IMG/VR virus record: IMGVR_UViG_3300044512_001183
Span: 1 to 32,402 of that record
Length of the DNA: 32,402 bases
Reading direction: 5' to 3' (one strand)
DNA from: a virus
Lineage: Duplodnaviria > Caudoviricetes
The position numbers were made by a program, and so were the translations under genes. Every line of letters begins with the position of its first letter. Within the stretch, counting starts at the first letter, position 1. Below the pieces are notes generated by a model that was given only the letters and a program-made list of their open reading frames with translations, searched no databases and was not told the origin of the DNA. Below are positions 25,355-32,402 of this stretch, one piece after another.

Positions 25355-25560
25355 TGTCTACCAAGCCAACAGTTTCATCTGTGCATCATGAGCTTTTGCG
25401 ACATGAAACCGAGTGCAGTGAGCGTTGGCGTACTAACTTCAAACAACTAGAAAAGCTTGATAATGATATAAACTTTATTAGAAATATGATGATAGGTGGA
25501 ATTGCAACAATAGCAATTACTTTTTTAGGTTTTATTTTTACACTTTTAACAATTATATGA
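25354..25560 (+). CDS. Small membrane protein (XhlA/hemolysin-like, lysis-associated)
   Basis: HETECSERW, a coiled coil and one C-terminal transmembrane segment. Confidence 0.6.
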   Translation: MSTKPTVSSVHHELLRHETECSERWRTNFKQLEKLDNDINFIRNMMIGGIATIAITFLGFIFTLLTII

Positions 25561-26030
25561 AAAAATTAAAATCCATACTTGGTTCATTAGCTCCTACACT
25601 TGGTGCAGCTATTGGAGGACCACTAGGAGGTCAGGCTGGCCAAATATTATCTAAGGTACTTGGTGTTCCTAATAATGAAAAATCAATAGAGCAAGCTATG
25701 AATAACATTACTGCAGAACAGATGATAGAGCTTAAAAAAGCTGAAACTGATTTCGAAGTACGTATGAGAGAGCTTGATGTTGATATTTTTAGATTAGAAA
25801 CAGCAGATGTAAAAGACGCTAGAGATAAATTTAGTAATGATTGGACTCCTAAAGTATTGGGTTTAATATCAATGTTTGGTTTTATGGGATATATATTTTT
25901 TATAACAGCCGTACCAATAGATGATGCTTCTGATGATATTGTTATGCTTATTATTGGATCATTAACTGGTATAGCTACAGCTGTTATTTCTTTTTACTTT
26001 GGTTCTTCTAACAAAAAAGAAGATAGATAG
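25557..26030 (+). CDS. Putative holin
   Basis: N-terminal APTLGAAIGGPLGG, two C-terminal TM segments ending SFYFGSS; directly upstream of the endolysin. Confidence 0.7.
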   Translation: MKKLKSILGSLAPTLGAAIGGPLGGQAGQILSKVLGVPNNEKSIEQAMNNITAEQMIELKKAETDFEVRMRELDVDIFRLETADVKDARDKFSNDWTPKVLGLISMFGFMGYIFFITAVPIDDASDDIVMLIIGSLTGIATAVISFYFGSSNKKEDR

Positions 26031-26509
26031 TGTATTTAGTTATGAATGATCAAATTGATAAAGAATTATTAACAACAAGACTTATTGAGTTTGAAGGTAT
26101 GGTGCTTCACGCTTATCAATGTCCAGCCGGCTATACAACTCTAGGAGTAGGACGTAACATTGATACTAATGGGGTGGGTATCACAGAAGAAGAGGCGCTG
26201 TACCTTCTTCGCCATGACATAGATAGAGTTGTTGAAACATTAGATTTAAAATGGAAAGTTTGGCGTACATTCCCATTAGATGCGCAACACGTATGTATAG
26301 ATTTGGTTTTTAATATGGGTATGAATACTTTTATGAGTTTTCGAAAAACAAGATCGTATATGGAATTAGGAGAGTGGGAATGTGCTGCAGAAGAATTATT
26401 AGATAGTAAGTATGCGAAACAAGTTGGAAGAAGAGCATTATTTAATGCAGATCAACTTACAAAATGCCAAAAAAATCATTTGAACAAGAAAATACAGCAA
26501 AAAGATTAG
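26030..26509 (+). CDS. Endolysin, GH24 / T4-lysozyme-like muramidase
   Basis: EG..LHAYQCPAGYTTLGVGRN, DLVFNMG and LLDSKYAKQVGRRA motifs. The start may be ATG 26042. Confidence 0.9.
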   Translation: MYLVMNDQIDKELLTTRLIEFEGMVLHAYQCPAGYTTLGVGRNIDTNGVGITEEEALYLLRHDIDRVVETLDLKWKVWRTFPLDAQHVCIDLVFNMGMNTFMSFRKTRSYMELGEWECAAEELLDSKYAKQVGRRALFNADQLTKCQKNHLNKKIQQKD

Positions 26510-26922
26510 GCCAACTTGGCGAATCTGTTGTACAATCTTTTCTTTTAGAACACGCCTTATTTTGTTATAAAACATGCGAGGGTCATCCCGCAGATCTAAT
26601 TGTTGAATTTGGCAATAACTCATTGTACAAAGTACAAGTCAAAGCAAGAAACAAAAGTGAAGAACAAAGTAAATATACGTTTGCCCTTGAAAGCCACAGA
26701 AGCAAAGCTGATTCACACAAAGAATATCATTGCGATATTTATGCTTTTGTTTTTTTACCTAGCAAAAGAATCATTTTTAGAGCCAATACGTCCAATCAGA
26801 ACTATTACGTCTTCTATGACAAACACCTTACACAGGGGATTGAACGAGAAACCTTGGATGAAACTCTTAAAGCTTTGAGTAGCTATCCTAAAAGAGTACC
26901 TTTATTAGGTGAGGCTGACTAG
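26464..26922 (+). CDS. PD-(D/E)XK endonuclease (PDDEXK_5 / I-Ssp6803I-like)
   Basis: GQLGE, PADLIVE...KVQVK and CDIYAFV motifs. Confidence 0.75.
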   Translation: MPKKSFEQENTAKRLGQLGESVVQSFLLEHALFCYKTCEGHPADLIVEFGNNSLYKVQVKARNKSEEQSKYTFALESHRSKADSHKEYHCDIYAFVFLPSKRIIFRANTSNQNYYVFYDKHLTQGIERETLDETLKALSSYPKRVPLLGEAD

Positions 26923-26975
26923 TAAGGAGGGTTACTTAATCCTAGGGAGAAGAATATAAGTTAACGTCAGCCTCA
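26910..26975. other. Stem-loop at the late/early boundary
   Basis: TGAGGCTGAC (26910-26919) pairs perfectly with GTCAGCCTCA (26966-26975); internal AGTAA-GGAGGG-TTACT hairpin. Confidence 0.55.
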
Positions 26976-27016
26976 TATCTATTTTACCTTTTATATACAA
27001 TCATTTATATATCTAA

Positions 27017-27050
27017 AACTGTTTACTTCTATATAAAAACATGGTCTAAT
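27017..27050 (+). promoter_or_regulatory. Putative early promoter/operator, copy 2
   Basis: aactgtttacttctatataaaaacatggtctaat, 30/34 identical to 35-68; followed by GAGGAGG SD and the early genes. Confidence 0.7.
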
Positions 27051-27093
27051 AGAACAGTATTAATTATATTTTTATTTTGAGGAGGAAAAAAAT

Positions 27094-27315
27094 ATGAAAA
27101 CTACTATTAATAATCTTACGATCAAGGCATGTAGTCATACTGACTTGGTTTATTACTACAGAGCTAAGTATGGGTATACTTATGAAAAAGCTGTTAAGGA
27201 GGTCGATAAGATATGTGATTTCCTTAATACCGACTTTGGTTGTGCTTATAGGCAAGGCAAACCTACTGGCCAAGAGCTATATGATGCTAAATATGGCAAG
27301 AGGAATGCATCATGA
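27094..27315 (+). CDS. Early hypothetical protein
   Basis: Strong SD GAGGAGG; first gene after the promoter. Confidence 0.7.
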   Translation: MKTTINNLTIKACSHTDLVYYYRAKYGYTYEKAVKEVDKICDFLNTDFGCAYRQGKPTGQELYDAKYGKRNAS

Positions 27316-27500
27316 GCATGTATTATATTTATACTTATGTCCCACAAATGGGAAGACATGGCGAGCTTATGAAAACGGCTCGCTATCGTACACGAGCTGA
27401 AGCTATGGCCAGAGTAGAGAGAGATTATGAACGCAATATGACATCTCATATTAGAGAATATTCTATTGGTGAAAGTGCACCTAATAAATTAAGTAGTTAA
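27312..27500 (+). CDS. Early hypothetical protein
   Basis: GAGGA SD; ATGA coupling with the upstream gene. Confidence 0.6.
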   Translation: MSMYYIYTYVPQMGRHGELMKTARYRTRAEAMARVERDYERNMTSHIREYSIGESAPNKLSS

Positions 27501-27501
27501 T

Positions 27502-27723
27502 ATGCCAGGAAAAATATTACCCTTCTCTATGTGGAGAGAACAAGTAAAGCAAAACTATAGTCAAACTAGATATGGTGATGGTTTTTATGAAACTATACAC
27601 AACGACGATTCAAGAACAGTTCAATATAATGATGGCAGTATAAAAAAAACAGAAAGTCCGCATAGTTTAGAAATTCTTGAATCTATGTATATAGATTATG
27701 TGGAGAATATAAGTGGTAGGTAA
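27502..27723 (+). CDS. Early hypothetical protein
   Basis: Tightly packed between neighbours; 73 aa. Confidence 0.55.
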   Translation: MPGKILPFSMWREQVKQNYSQTRYGDGFYETIHNDDSRTVQYNDGSIKKTESPHSLEILESMYIDYVENISGR

Positions 27724-28651
27724 AAAAACTCCATATGACATTTCTACTTGTAGTACACTTTGTGTTATTGCTGGTGTTTCTCATTGGCAAACACAAAATG
27801 AACTATTAGATCAAGCAATAAAAGCATCAGAAGGTGAACAGCCGGAACAATGGGAACAAACAATTACCCAAAGAATGGGTGATGTTCTTGAGCCTGAACT
27901 TATAAGAGAAGCAGGTAGAATGCTAGGATTAAAGTCTGTAGAGGTAGATATAGAAGAACCAATAAAGCATGATGATTTACCTATTTGGGGCTCGTTAGAT
28001 GGCCTTGGCTATGCTGAAAATTTAAGCTTTACACATAAATCACATAATTGGCTACTATTGCCTGAACAAGAAGAGATAACGTTAGATGGATGGGGTGTTA
28101 TTGAATGCAAGTGTACGAGAGATTTTGGCAGAGATGACATTGAAGACGAAAGAGGTGTATTACAAGCAAAAGCTCTTATGGAATGTGGCAATTACAATTG
28201 GGCTGCTGTCATAGTTTTATGGCAAAGCACTGATTTTCGTATTTATTTATATCAACGTAAACAAGAGTTTAACAATAAGCTAGCTAAATGGGTTCTAGAT
28301 TTTGATAGACGAATAAAAGAAAAAGATTATTATCCGCCTGTCACAAGCGCAGATGCTAACATAGTTTATCCTGTTGGAGAAGATGGTGTTATGGAGCTTA
28401 AAAAAGATTTATTAAAACACGTAGCTCGTATACAAAACAACAAGGAAGAGATTAAAAGATTGACATCTGAAATAGATGAATCAGAAACTGTAATCAAAGA
28501 TGAGATGAAAAGTAAAGAAAATGCTGTAATAGATAGTTTTAGTATAAAATGGCCAACAATTAAATATAAAGCTCAACCTGAGAAAATTGTACCTGCTAAA
28601 GATGCAAGAATATCAAGGGGCAAGTCATTAAGAATTAAGGAGAATAAATGA
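27713..28651 (+). CDS. YqaJ-like (lambda exonuclease family) recombination nuclease
   Basis: MGDVLEP, GSLDG, VIECKCT and LQAKALM motifs; GTG start after GGAG. Confidence 0.85.
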   Translation: MVGKKTPYDISTCSTLCVIAGVSHWQTQNELLDQAIKASEGEQPEQWEQTITQRMGDVLEPELIREAGRMLGLKSVEVDIEEPIKHDDLPIWGSLDGLGYAENLSFTHKSHNWLLLPEQEEITLDGWGVIECKCTRDFGRDDIEDERGVLQAKALMECGNYNWAAVIVLWQSTDFRIYLYQRKQEFNNKLAKWVLDFDRRIKEKDYYPPVTSADANIVYPVGEDGVMELKKDLLKHVARIQNNKEEIKRLTSEIDESETVIKDEMKSKENAVIDSFSIKWPTIKYKAQPEKIVPAKDARISRGKSLRIKENK

Positions 28652-28791
28652 CTAATGAACAATTAAAAGCTGTCTGGATAAAAAAAGATGTGCATGATTT
28701 ATTAAAAAAGCATGCTAACAAACATGGCCACAAAATGATTTGGGTTATTGAAAAACTTATCAAGGACAATTGTGGTAAACAGCAGGACTAA
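28648..28791 (+). CDS. Small ribbon-helix-helix-like DNA-binding protein (47 aa), absent from the ORF track
   Basis: AAGGAG SD; MTNEQLKAVWIKKDVHDLLKKHANKHGHKMIWVIEKLIKDNCGKQQD fits strand-helix-G-helix. Confidence 0.65.
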   Translation: MTNEQLKAVWIKKDVHDLLKKHANKHGHKMIWVIEKLIKDNCGKQQD

Positions 28792-29194
28792 AGGCGCTAA
28801 CTTTGAACGTGATATTTGTAAAAAACTAACAGAGTTTTTTAAAGCAATTAATTACCCTTTAGAATTTAAAAGAAACCTTGATCAATATCAAAAAAAAGAT
28901 CAAGCAGATATAGAATTTTCTAAGTTTGCAGTAGAGTGTAAATGCTATGCTGCTACAAAAGATGGATGGTATAAAGCAGATTGGTGGAAACAAGTTTGCA
29001 GAGCTGCTCAAATTAATGAATTAACTCCTCTTTTGGTCTATAAATTTAATAATAGACCAATAAGAGTAGCTCTGCCCCTTTACATGATTAACCCAGCGTT
29101 AGATAAAACTGATTTTGATAAGATATGTGTTGTTGATTGGGATCATTTTTGTGAAATTTTACATACATATATGATACAAAATGATTTATTATGA
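28772..29194 (+). CDS. Holliday junction resolvase-like PD-(D/E)XK nuclease
   Basis: NSRTKGANFER, ADI..AVECK and WWKQ motifs; GTG 28772 after AAGGA is preferred to 28748. Confidence 0.8.
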   Translation: MVNSRTKGANFERDICKKLTEFFKAINYPLEFKRNLDQYQKKDQADIEFSKFAVECKCYAATKDGWYKADWWKQVCRAAQINELTPLLVYKFNNRPIRVALPLYMINPALDKTDFDKICVVDWDHFCEILHTYMIQNDLL

Positions 29195-29389
29195 ATGAAT
29201 ATGTCAATCATAGAACAGTTAGAAATACCAGACAACTTTGCAGATTTTTGTGCAATAGAATATATTGAGGATTTAGAATATAGGTTCCAAAACAAAAAAG
29301 AATTATTAAGTTTCCAAGATTATGTATCTACAAATAGATATATACTTTTAGAAAAATGGGAGAATATTAAATCTCCTACTATCCATTAA
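29195..29389 (+). CDS. Hypothetical protein
   Basis: 64-aa ORF filling the gap in the replication operon. Confidence 0.5.
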   Translation: MNMSIIEQLEIPDNFADFCAIEYIEDLEYRFQNKKELLSFQDYVSTNRYILLEKWENIKSPTIH

Positions 29390-29410
29390 CAATTTTACAA
29401 GGAGGTAATT

Positions 29411-29998
29411 ATGGATATTTTAGGCCTAAATCAAGGCAATGATGAAACGGGTGATGGTATTTTTATTAAGCATTCAGCTACAACAAAAAGTTGGATGATT
29501 GGTTCAGATACTATTGATGTTAAGGACTTTTTAGTAGATACAACAACTATTAAAACAGGCTGGGGTATGTATGATGGTAAATATCATTATGTTTGGGATG
29601 AAAAGCCAGGCGTAGTATGTGATAAACCATCAGCTGATCATAGAAGAGCGTTTAGCGTCTGGATCTATATACCTAATCAAGGTCCAAAAGTATGGCGTAG
29701 GACATCTTACGGTGAAGGCGAGGGCTTTAATGCTTTGTGTACTACTTTTTGGAATGATATGAAAAACAACCCAGATAAGTGCCCACATTTACAATATACT
29801 GGATCTGTAGACAAAAAGTTTAAAATCGGCGGTACATCTATACCTGAGTTTGCTTTTGTTAAGTGGGCAGATAAACCTAATGATTTTGTAGTACAAAATA
29901 TTGATACTAGAGATGCTAATCCTGGTGTTGATATTGAAGCTAAAGTCGATGCAGCGTTAGGTTTAACACCAAAGTCTGAAGACGATCTACCGTTCTAA
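29411..29998 (+). CDS. Putative single-stranded DNA-binding protein
   Basis: Perfect SD AAGGAGGT; aromatic-rich core; acidic C-terminus EDDLPF; precedes the primase-helicase. Confidence 0.7.
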   Translation: MDILGLNQGNDETGDGIFIKHSATTKSWMIGSDTIDVKDFLVDTTTIKTGWGMYDGKYHYVWDEKPGVVCDKPSADHRRAFSVWIYIPNQGPKVWRRTSYGEGEGFNALCTTFWNDMKNNPDKCPHLQYTGSVDKKFKIGGTSIPEFAFVKWADKPNDFVVQNIDTRDANPGVDIEAKVDAALGLTPKSEDDLPF

Positions 29999-30000
29999 TC

Positions 30001-31848
30001 ATGAGAGAGCTAGACTTTGTAAGTTTAGCTCCTCAAATAGGCAATTATTTCCTAGGTGAACCATCTAAAATTACTAGCAATGAAATTAGATGGGGAACCC
30101 ATGGAAGTTGGTGTTTAAATACAGAAGAGGGGTTATTCTACAGTTTTGAACAAAACGAAGGCGGTGGCGTCATTTGGCTAATTGAATATTTTGGTAGTAA
30201 CATTGATGATGTGATAAATCAATTTGAACTAAATCACACGAAACCACAAGAAAAGCCAAAATCATATACATCATTTACACAAGAGCAAATGAGATCACTT
30301 GCATCAGAAGCTGAAATAATATGCAAGTATTCTAATTCTTTTGTTGTGATGAGGTTTCCTGAAAGTCATAGGATTAAAGCCAAGTATGCACCTTTTACAT
30401 TTAAAGATGGTCAATGGTATAACAAAAGGCCTGAAGGCAAAATGCCTATATATTTATCTAAAGGGGATATCAGTGAACCGATTATTATTAACGAAGGTGA
30501 AAAAGCAGTCAAAGGATCAGAAGCTCTTTATGATGGGACAAGTTGTTGTTGGCATGGTGGAACTAATGGTTGGTCTAATTGTGATTGGAGCTCTATTTAT
30601 GGTAAACAAATTATTATATGGCCTGATAATGACGATGCAGGAGCAAAAGCAGCAAAAGAATTAAGTCAACATTTATCAGAAAATGGCTCAAATGTTAAAA
30701 TTGCTGTTATTCCTAAGCATTTTAATGAAAAAGATGACCTTTTTGATGCTAATACGCGCCAGGACTTTACCAAACAAACGTTTTTAGAATATGTGAATAA
30801 GTATACTCGTGATACTAAGAAATCATCACTGACGTTGATTCGTGTGCGCGATTTGGTAGAAAACATAAAAAAACCAGAATGGGTCATAGAAAACGTATGT
30901 GAAAGAGATTCAGTTATAGATGTCTATGGTGCACCTAAGAGCGGCAAATCTTTTGTTGCCGTAGACATGGCATTAAATATAACTTTAGGCCGTGAATGGC
31001 ATGGTCATACAACTACAAAGTCTCCTGTAGTATATCTTGCGGGTGAAGGTTTAAGAGGTATTGCAAGGCGTGTCAAAGCGTGGGAGCATTATTATGAACA
31101 AGATACTAAAAACGCTGATTTGTTTATATCAGATAGAGGCGTTAGATTTTTAGACAAAACTGATCATGAATTACTAATTGAACATATATATTCAATACAA
31201 GACGAAATAGGTGATATTGGCATGATATTTGTAGATACTTTAGCTCGTAATTTTGGTGCAGGTAATGAGAATAGCACTGAAGACATGAATCTTTTTATTG
31301 AAAGAGTTGACGATTTAAAGAATACTTTTCATACTTGTGTAGCATTAGTACATCATACTGGTCATAATTCATCAGGAAGAGCTCGTGGTTCATCTGTATT
31401 ACCTGCTGCTGTTGATGCAGAATATGCTGTAAAACGCAAAGATGACAATGATGATGATATGTGCCTAGAGTTTACACAAACACTTGTCAAAGATGGTAAA
31501 AACATAAAACCCTTATACTTTAAGTTTCAAGAAGTAGAATTGCCAGGCCAAGATGATATGACAAGTGGTGTTTTAGTTGAAATTGATCGTACAGATATTG
31601 TAATAGATGATAGCAATGCTTTAAAAGAAGTAGAAGAAAAGATAGCAGAAATACAACAATCTATAGCTAATGGTACAGAATCAGATCCTGTTACTATTTG
31701 GGTCAAACATAGCGATATTGTTAGAGCAATGCCTGATGTTAAAGAAAATGCTATAAAAGGTAGGTTAAAGCGCCTAAGAGAGGAGAAAAAAGTGCATTGG
31801 GAGGCTGGCAATGGCTATCAATCAAAAAAATACGATGAAATTATTTAG
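30001..31848 (+). CDS. Primase-helicase (TOPRIM + RepA/AAA_25 helicase, probable C-terminal winged helix)
   Basis: EGEK and WPDNDDAG TOPRIM motifs; Walker A GAPKSGKS; Walker B IFVDT; VHHTG and RARGSS motifs. Confidence 0.92.
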   Translation: MRELDFVSLAPQIGNYFLGEPSKITSNEIRWGTHGSWCLNTEEGLFYSFEQNEGGGVIWLIEYFGSNIDDVINQFELNHTKPQEKPKSYTSFTQEQMRSLASEAEIICKYSNSFVVMRFPESHRIKAKYAPFTFKDGQWYNKRPEGKMPIYLSKGDISEPIIINEGEKAVKGSEALYDGTSCCWHGGTNGWSNCDWSSIYGKQIIIWPDNDDAGAKAAKELSQHLSENGSNVKIAVIPKHFNEKDDLFDANTRQDFTKQTFLEYVNKYTRDTKKSSLTLIRVRDLVENIKKPEWVIENVCERDSVIDVYGAPKSGKSFVAVDMALNITLGREWHGHTTTKSPVVYLAGEGLRGIARRVKAWEHYYEQDTKNADLFISDRGVRFLDKTDHELLIEHIYSIQDEIGDIGMIFVDTLARNFGAGNENSTEDMNLFIERVDDLKNTFHTCVALVHHTGHNSSGRARGSSVLPAAVDAEYAVKRKDDNDDDMCLEFTQTLVKDGKNIKPLYFKFQEVELPGQDDMTSGVLVEIDRTDIVIDDSNALKEVEEKIAEIQQSIANGTESDPVTIWVKHSDIVRAMPDVKENAIKGRLKRLREEKKVHWEAGNGYQSKKYDEII

Positions 31849-32015
31849 GTTATATTTAGGTTATATGAGGTTATATTTAGGTTATATAAAATGACGAAGT
31901 ATACATGTAAATTAGGTTATATTTTAGGTTACATACATATACCTTTAGGTATATGTAACCTATATAACCAAATTGACAACTTAAAATGTAGTAAAATGTA
32001 ACCTAGGATGTAACT
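31847..32015. repeat. Iteron-like array with hairpin; putative replication origin
   Basis: AGGTTAYAT at 31847, 31858, 31868, 31879, 31914 and 31926; inverted copies ATGTAACCT at 31953 and 31996 plus partial copies; TACATATACCT-tt-AGGTATATGTA at 31934-31957. Confidence 0.75.
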
Positions 32016-32402
32016 ATGTTAAGCAAAGAAGAGCAAATTAAAAGACTTGAGGCTAAATATAAAGAGTTAACACCTTTAGATAAGGTTCATCAATCTTACC
32101 ATAGAAAAATAAGCCATATTGATAGAAACTGGAATAAAACCAGATTATTGTCACTTGTATCTGTGGAATTAAGACAAAGGTTTTTTAGGGCTGAAGAAAA
32201 GTTTAAAGATGAGCTTTATAGAGTAAGTGATAAAGAAAAAATAAGATTATATGAGATGATGATTAGAGCATATGATGCATTAGAAAAAGAAGCTAAAGCT
32301 TACAGGTTTAGCCAATTAGCACCAAAAGTATGGGTTGTAAAACATCCTACCGAAGATATTAAATGCATTATATGTGAAAATGAAGATGATTTACCTTATG
32401 TT
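32016..32402 (+). CDS. Hypothetical protein, truncated by the window end
   Basis: AGGA SD; open frame MLSKEEQIKRLEAKY...WNKTRLLSLVSVELRQRF... to the end of the window. Confidence 0.7.
   Translation, partial: MLSKEEQIKRLEAKYKELTPLDKVHQSYHRKISHIDRNWNKTRLLSLVSVELRQRFFRAEEKFKDELYRVSDKEKIRLYEMMIRAYDALEKEAKAYRFSQLAPKVWVVKHPTEDIKCIICENEDDLPYV

Noticed and set aside
26030-26975. Group I intron carrying the PD-(D/E)XK nuclease
   Set aside because: The endolysin appears complete and there is no room or visible core structure for a ribozyme; an Infernal search would settle this.
14655-30664. Alternative-frame + strand ORFs (14655-14996, 15350-15547, 21443-21631, 21851-22042, 26600-26878, 27170-27400, 30386-30664)
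   Set aside because: They are nested in better-supported genes and have no recognisable motifs.
1564-31811. Minus-strand ORFs in the track (for example 1564-1779, 6095-6286, 8528-8755, 12669-13064, 31527-31811)
   Set aside because: They are antisense shadows of well-supported + strand genes, with no recognisable motifs.
31973-31997. Sigma70 promoter TTGACA...TAAAAT
   Set aside because: Spacing is only 13 nt and the site is embedded in the repeat array.
31847-32015. Repeats as a CRISPR array
   Set aside because: Units are 9 bp with no unique spacers, and there are no cas genes.
1-32402. Prophage or temperate lifestyle; tRNA genes
   Set aside because: No integrase, CI-like repressor, host genes or cloverleaf structures are seen. 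Lifestyle cannot be settled from a partial genome.

Overview
A 32.4-kb, AT-rich segment of a tailed dsDNA phage with siphovirus-type morphogenesis genes; marine origin is likely but the host cannot be determined. All credible genes are on the + strand. Order: (1) 101-4887, a seven-gene operon of overlapping ORFs for DNA base modification (MazG-like pyrophosphatase, Nmad1/DUF1599, T4 gp42-like dCMP hydroxymethylase, dCMP deaminase, SGNH-like protein, fold-II PLP enzyme, aGPT-Pplase/5hmU-DNA-kinase-like helical protein); (2) 4957-25066, head and tail genes (gpW-like, lambda-family portal, multidomain protease-capsid fusion with nested starts, two FII-like paralogs, tail terminator, tube, -1 frameshifted chaperone, short tape measure, tip proteins, two large fibres); (3) 25109-26922, lysis genes and a PD-(D/E)XK nuclease; (4) 27094-32402, early/replication genes (YqaJ exonuclease, RHH protein, resolvase, SSB, primase-helicase, iteron-like origin). 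The most notable feature is the modification operon. Its hydroxymethylase has the cytosine-specifying Asp, yet it sits with enzymes resembling those of thymidine hypermodification. This suggests either an amino-acid-derived hypermodified cytosine or an unusual dCMP to hm-dCMP to hm-dUMP route. The operon shares a 34-bp promoter/operator-like element with the early region. No terminase, DNA polymerase, integrase, tRNA or CRISPR is visible. All family assignments come from motif recognition by eye, not database searches.
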